Below, in pieces: positions 60,995 through 64,000 of a stretch of DNA of 64,000 bases. The stretch's first letter is position 1, and every line of letters begins with the position of its first letter. Origin of the DNA: Anthoceros angustus (Eukaryota > Plantae > Anthocerotophyta); NCBI GenBank assembly GCA_010909165.1, contig MU008164.1:1612001-1676000 (forward strand), given 5' to 3'. A model generated the notes under the pieces. It was not told the DNA's origin. It saw nothing but the letters and a program-made list of their open reading frames with translations, and made no database searches. The position numbers and the translations under genes were made by a program.

Positions 60995-63409
60995 TCAGGG
61001 TTCCAGTTCATCCTCGCTGCTCTGTAATTTGAAATTCTCATCTTTAGGCTCATCTGCAGCTGTAGCTGGTGTCTGTGAGTCGATCCTCTTGTAAGGATTG
61101 GCTATTCGTGCGAGTTCTTCATTTAAAGCAGGATCTCCCCTGCATTACCACATACAAATGTCAGCCTCTCTGTACATAAGGCTGGTTCCACCGCCTCAGA
61201 GGACGTGCAATCGGGTCTGTCAACTCATGGTAAAGTGCAAGGAAGATGTTGCATGTCAAATCCTGCAGAGTAGACACAGACTTACGTGATAGAATATATG
61301 ACGAGGCCAATCGTCACTGCGGCAAATGCCACAAAGTAAAGCCAATCGACCTGCAGTGAAAGTGAGGTGCTTACAACAGACAAGTTGAAATAGACGACAA
61401 CGAGAAAGCCACCTATTTGGATGCCTTACACTAAAATGAGAAACAGGGGAGTGCAAGGTACCGTTTGGTGGTAGAGTACAGCCCGAATTGCCACAGCCCA
61501 CATATCCGATGTCAGCAATGAAAGATTCATCATCGCAGAACCACTCATCTGTTACGTTTCACAAGAAATGCATTCAATGAGCATTCACTGCAAATTGCGT
61601 TGAAGAGACAATCAGTAGTACGGCCTTGTTGCCAGGCTCACATGCTTGGAGACAGTTCCAGGAGGCAGCATGGAGAGGATGCATTCTGAGGCAAGTACCT
61701 GGAGAACGATCGGAACTGATGTGTAGAATGTAAACAGGATGACAGAGAAGGAAATGAAAGGAAGGATCTGCACGCACCATTAGCAGCAGTGTAAGGTTCC
61801 AGAGAGGCACGTGTAGAGTAACTATCGTGAGAACAGGACTTCTAAGACCGACAATCTTGAAATCACATCCAACATATGGAACCCTACCGTATCTGCCCCA
61901 GAGTCTATCAAGCTGAGATCAACTGCAGGGATGCCTAGCTTCTACATCAGTCTCTACTACGTCACAAAGACAGAGAGGTTAACGGCTTACTGCACTTGTA
62001 GTCCATTGAATTGTTTGTACCTCATGCCATTCCAGAAAATATCTTGAGTTGATATAGTCAAGGCATATTTCCAATTAACACGCAAAACTAGCAGTTCCAG
62101 ACAGGATTAAGAATGCAGCTTTCAAGAAAAATGCATCGAAACAGGCCCACGGATACAGTTGGCAGGCACTGATCAGGGAGCCAAACACCCCAATGAAGGC
62201 CAGGAACTCAATCCTGTCATTAGTTTTGACCAGAAACTCCTGCACAGACTAGATCACCGTCAGTGGACAGTAATCACGTATGCCACTGCCAGCAACATGC
62301 CAAAGGATCGTTATTGACAGCAGACAACAGACCTCGCTGACATTGGTGAAACCATACAGTGTTGCACCCGCAAGCATTAGCATATCTCCAAGAAGAGGAT
62401 TGCTTCCTCCTGTGCAAACAGAAGCACGCGGGAATCAACAGAAGCCATATACCACGGCTACAGAAACAGAAAGTCTGCAATGCTGAAAACGATGAAGAAT
62501 AGCAGCAATCCTGCAAGTACTAGTTGGTGAAAATAGTACATACCAGATCGATCAGCAGCATGTACATCAGAGACAACTAAAAGAACCAGGCCCGTGACAC
62601 ACAAAGCAATGCCAACCAAGTGGCTGGGTAGGTACTTTGTTTTCAGCAGCAGCCATGTCAAAAATATGACACAAGGAATGGTCCAGCAATCCAGCAGCAT
62701 AATACTCGTGATAGATGTGTATTGATAGGCGTACACCCCTGTGATGGCAAGAAAGAAAGAAAGATGAATGAGCCACAAACCATTACTCTCTCATCTGGAA
62801 GAAAGTCCAAATTTGAGTAGTTATGACAAGCAGAATGAACAAAGACAGACCCAGATAGTTGGCCTCCACATCGATAAAGGCCAGGAGCAAGTAGACATAC
62901 CACGGCACCTGCAAGGCGCAAGCCACTGTCAAAACCAAAAAGCTCAAAGCCGACCGTCCCACCCACCAGCGACGAGTTGCCAACCCAAAAAAGGGTGCAA
63001 ATGCATCAGGTTTAGAATTCAAGACAACATGACAGAACCAGACCCGAACTACAAATGTACAAGCAGGAAAACCTGACATCTGTTCGGGCGTCGTAGAACA
63101 ATAGACCCGTAGACAATTGCAAGGAGGAGGTACACAAACACGCATTGGAAAACAGGGGCATTAATACCTGCAAAACACCGAAAGTAAACGAGTTCAATCA
63201 TCGATCATGAAACCAGCACTCTGCACGACCTCGCTTTTCCTACAGTCACGCACGGGATCGAAAGCATGAGCAGGTACGCAGCACGAATCGCGTGATGGCA
63301 TACCTTGGCGAGCCAATTCTGAGGTGGAGAAGGCAGCGCCAGTGAGCAGCAGTGAGATGAACTGGCCTAACCCCAGCGCCAGGAGCGTGCGCCCATGGGT
63401 TAGCTCCAT
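60995..63409 (-). CDS. SLC35F: SLC35F1/F2-like (DUF914) drug/metabolite transporter, multi-exon
   Basis: Exons spell LGLGQFISLLLTG, INAPVFQ, PWYVYLLLAFIDVEANYL, AYQYTSITSIMLLDCWTIP, LLGDMLMLAGATLYGFTNVSE, EFLVKTNDRIEFLAFIGVFG, MSGSAMMNLSLLTSDMWAV, VDWLYFVAFAAVTIGLVIYS. The last exon GDPALNEEL...ELEP ends at TGA 60997-60995. Confidence 0.92.
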
Positions 63410-63706
63410 GCTTACTCGACGGCTCAGCCCTCAGTCGCTCCCATCCATCGCAGGATACGGGACCTTGCCATGGGTTTCACATTGAAAATGCTTTTACGTC
63501 TCTCGAAGTCCTCCAGAATCGAACCGGATACAGTACTGTATGCAACTGAAAATTCTCCCTCGTATTATTAGCTTTCGTGAAAAGAGAGCGAATCAGGTAG
63601 CGTGATGCCACCAGGGTCAAGCTGATCAACTATCTGCAACGTTTTGCGTGCTTCTCCGACATCATGTTACACACCATGTCTTGCAGGATGGCAGTTTGCG
63701 TGTTGC

Positions 63707-63722
63707 TTAGGGTTTAGGGTTT
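63707..63722. promoter_or_regulatory. Double telo-box (TTAGGGTTTAGGGTTT)
   Basis: Two telomeric-type repeats ~300 bp upstream of the SLC35F ATG. Confidence 0.55.
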
Positions 63723-63734
63723 ACAATACGACAA

Positions 63735-63998
63735 TCAAGCAGATGACCAGCTGATGTCGAGATTCTCGCCCATGGACAAGTGAAGCCCGGTTATGTCTGC
63801 GCGCAAACGGGAGGGATCATGGGATACTCGCACCTGTGAGGATGGGGCAGCATTGTTGATCAAGACATTCGTGGGCAGGGTTGAAACTCCCAAGAGTACC
63901 ACATTCTGCAGCACCAGCTCCTGGTCAGTAGCATAGGCCCCGGTGGCTCCTACTCTGGCTTGCAGGAAGCCTTGGGTTGGAGATAAGGTGGCAGTGTA
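63735..63998 (-). CDS. C-terminus of a GH31 alpha-glucosidase/alpha-xylosidase, 5'-partial (absent from the ORF track)
   Basis: Open frame from the window edge: YTATLSPTQGFLQARVGATGAYATDQELVLQNVVLLGVSTLPTNVLINN...ADITGLHLSMGENLDISWSSA*, matching the plant GH31 C-terminal beta-sandwich pattern (V-x-LG...V-x-V-N...I-x-GL-x-L-x-x-G-x-x-x-x-I-x-W). Confidence 0.75.
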   Translation of the reverse strand, partial: YTATLSPTQGFLQARVGATGAYATDQELVLQNVVLLGVSTLPTNVLINNAAPSSQVRVSHDPSRLRADITGLHLSMGENLDISWSSA

Positions 63999-64000
63999 GG

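Noticed and set aside
61478-61486. AGAGTACAGCCC-type match to the miR529 3' half
   Set aside because: It is the antisense of an SLC35F exon, a short coincidental match with no hairpin.
63707-63722. Interstitial telomere
   Set aside because: Only two repeat units in a promoter position, better read as a telo-box.

Overview
Nuclear DNA from a compact-genome land plant: short GT-AG introns, about one gene per 6-8 kb, and PLS-PPR and retroelement remnants. A seed-free plant such as a hornwort or lycophyte is my inference. Eight recognisable protein genes are present: an IQ+BAG co-chaperone (5'-partial), RPLP1, an S40/DUF584 senescence regulator, a WSS1A-type WLM protease head-to-head with Lhcb7, a TMK-type LRR receptor kinase, an SLC35F/DUF914 transporter, and the 3' end of a GH31 glycosidase. 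Between them lie LTR, LINE (APE and RTE-like RT), CRE-like, TIR and PPR remnants. The dominant feature is that four regions (about 4.2-15.5, 26.7-37.3, 37.8-49.1 and 49.3-56.9 kb) are patchworks of same-orientation re-copies of the local sequence. The copies differ mostly by 1-nt homopolymer indels, and many junctions sit on 8-11 nt exact shared words. The simplest explanation is a long-read correction or assembly artefact, with real microhomology-mediated rearrangement as the alternative. Copy numbers and frameshifts should not be trusted until raw reads are checked. I found no clearly new biological system. The best leads are the CRE-like endonuclease remnant, an unclassified repeat+ORF element at 24.5-26.3 kb, the Lhcb7 CGA/TGA polymorphism and the uORF-rich TMK and S40 leaders.
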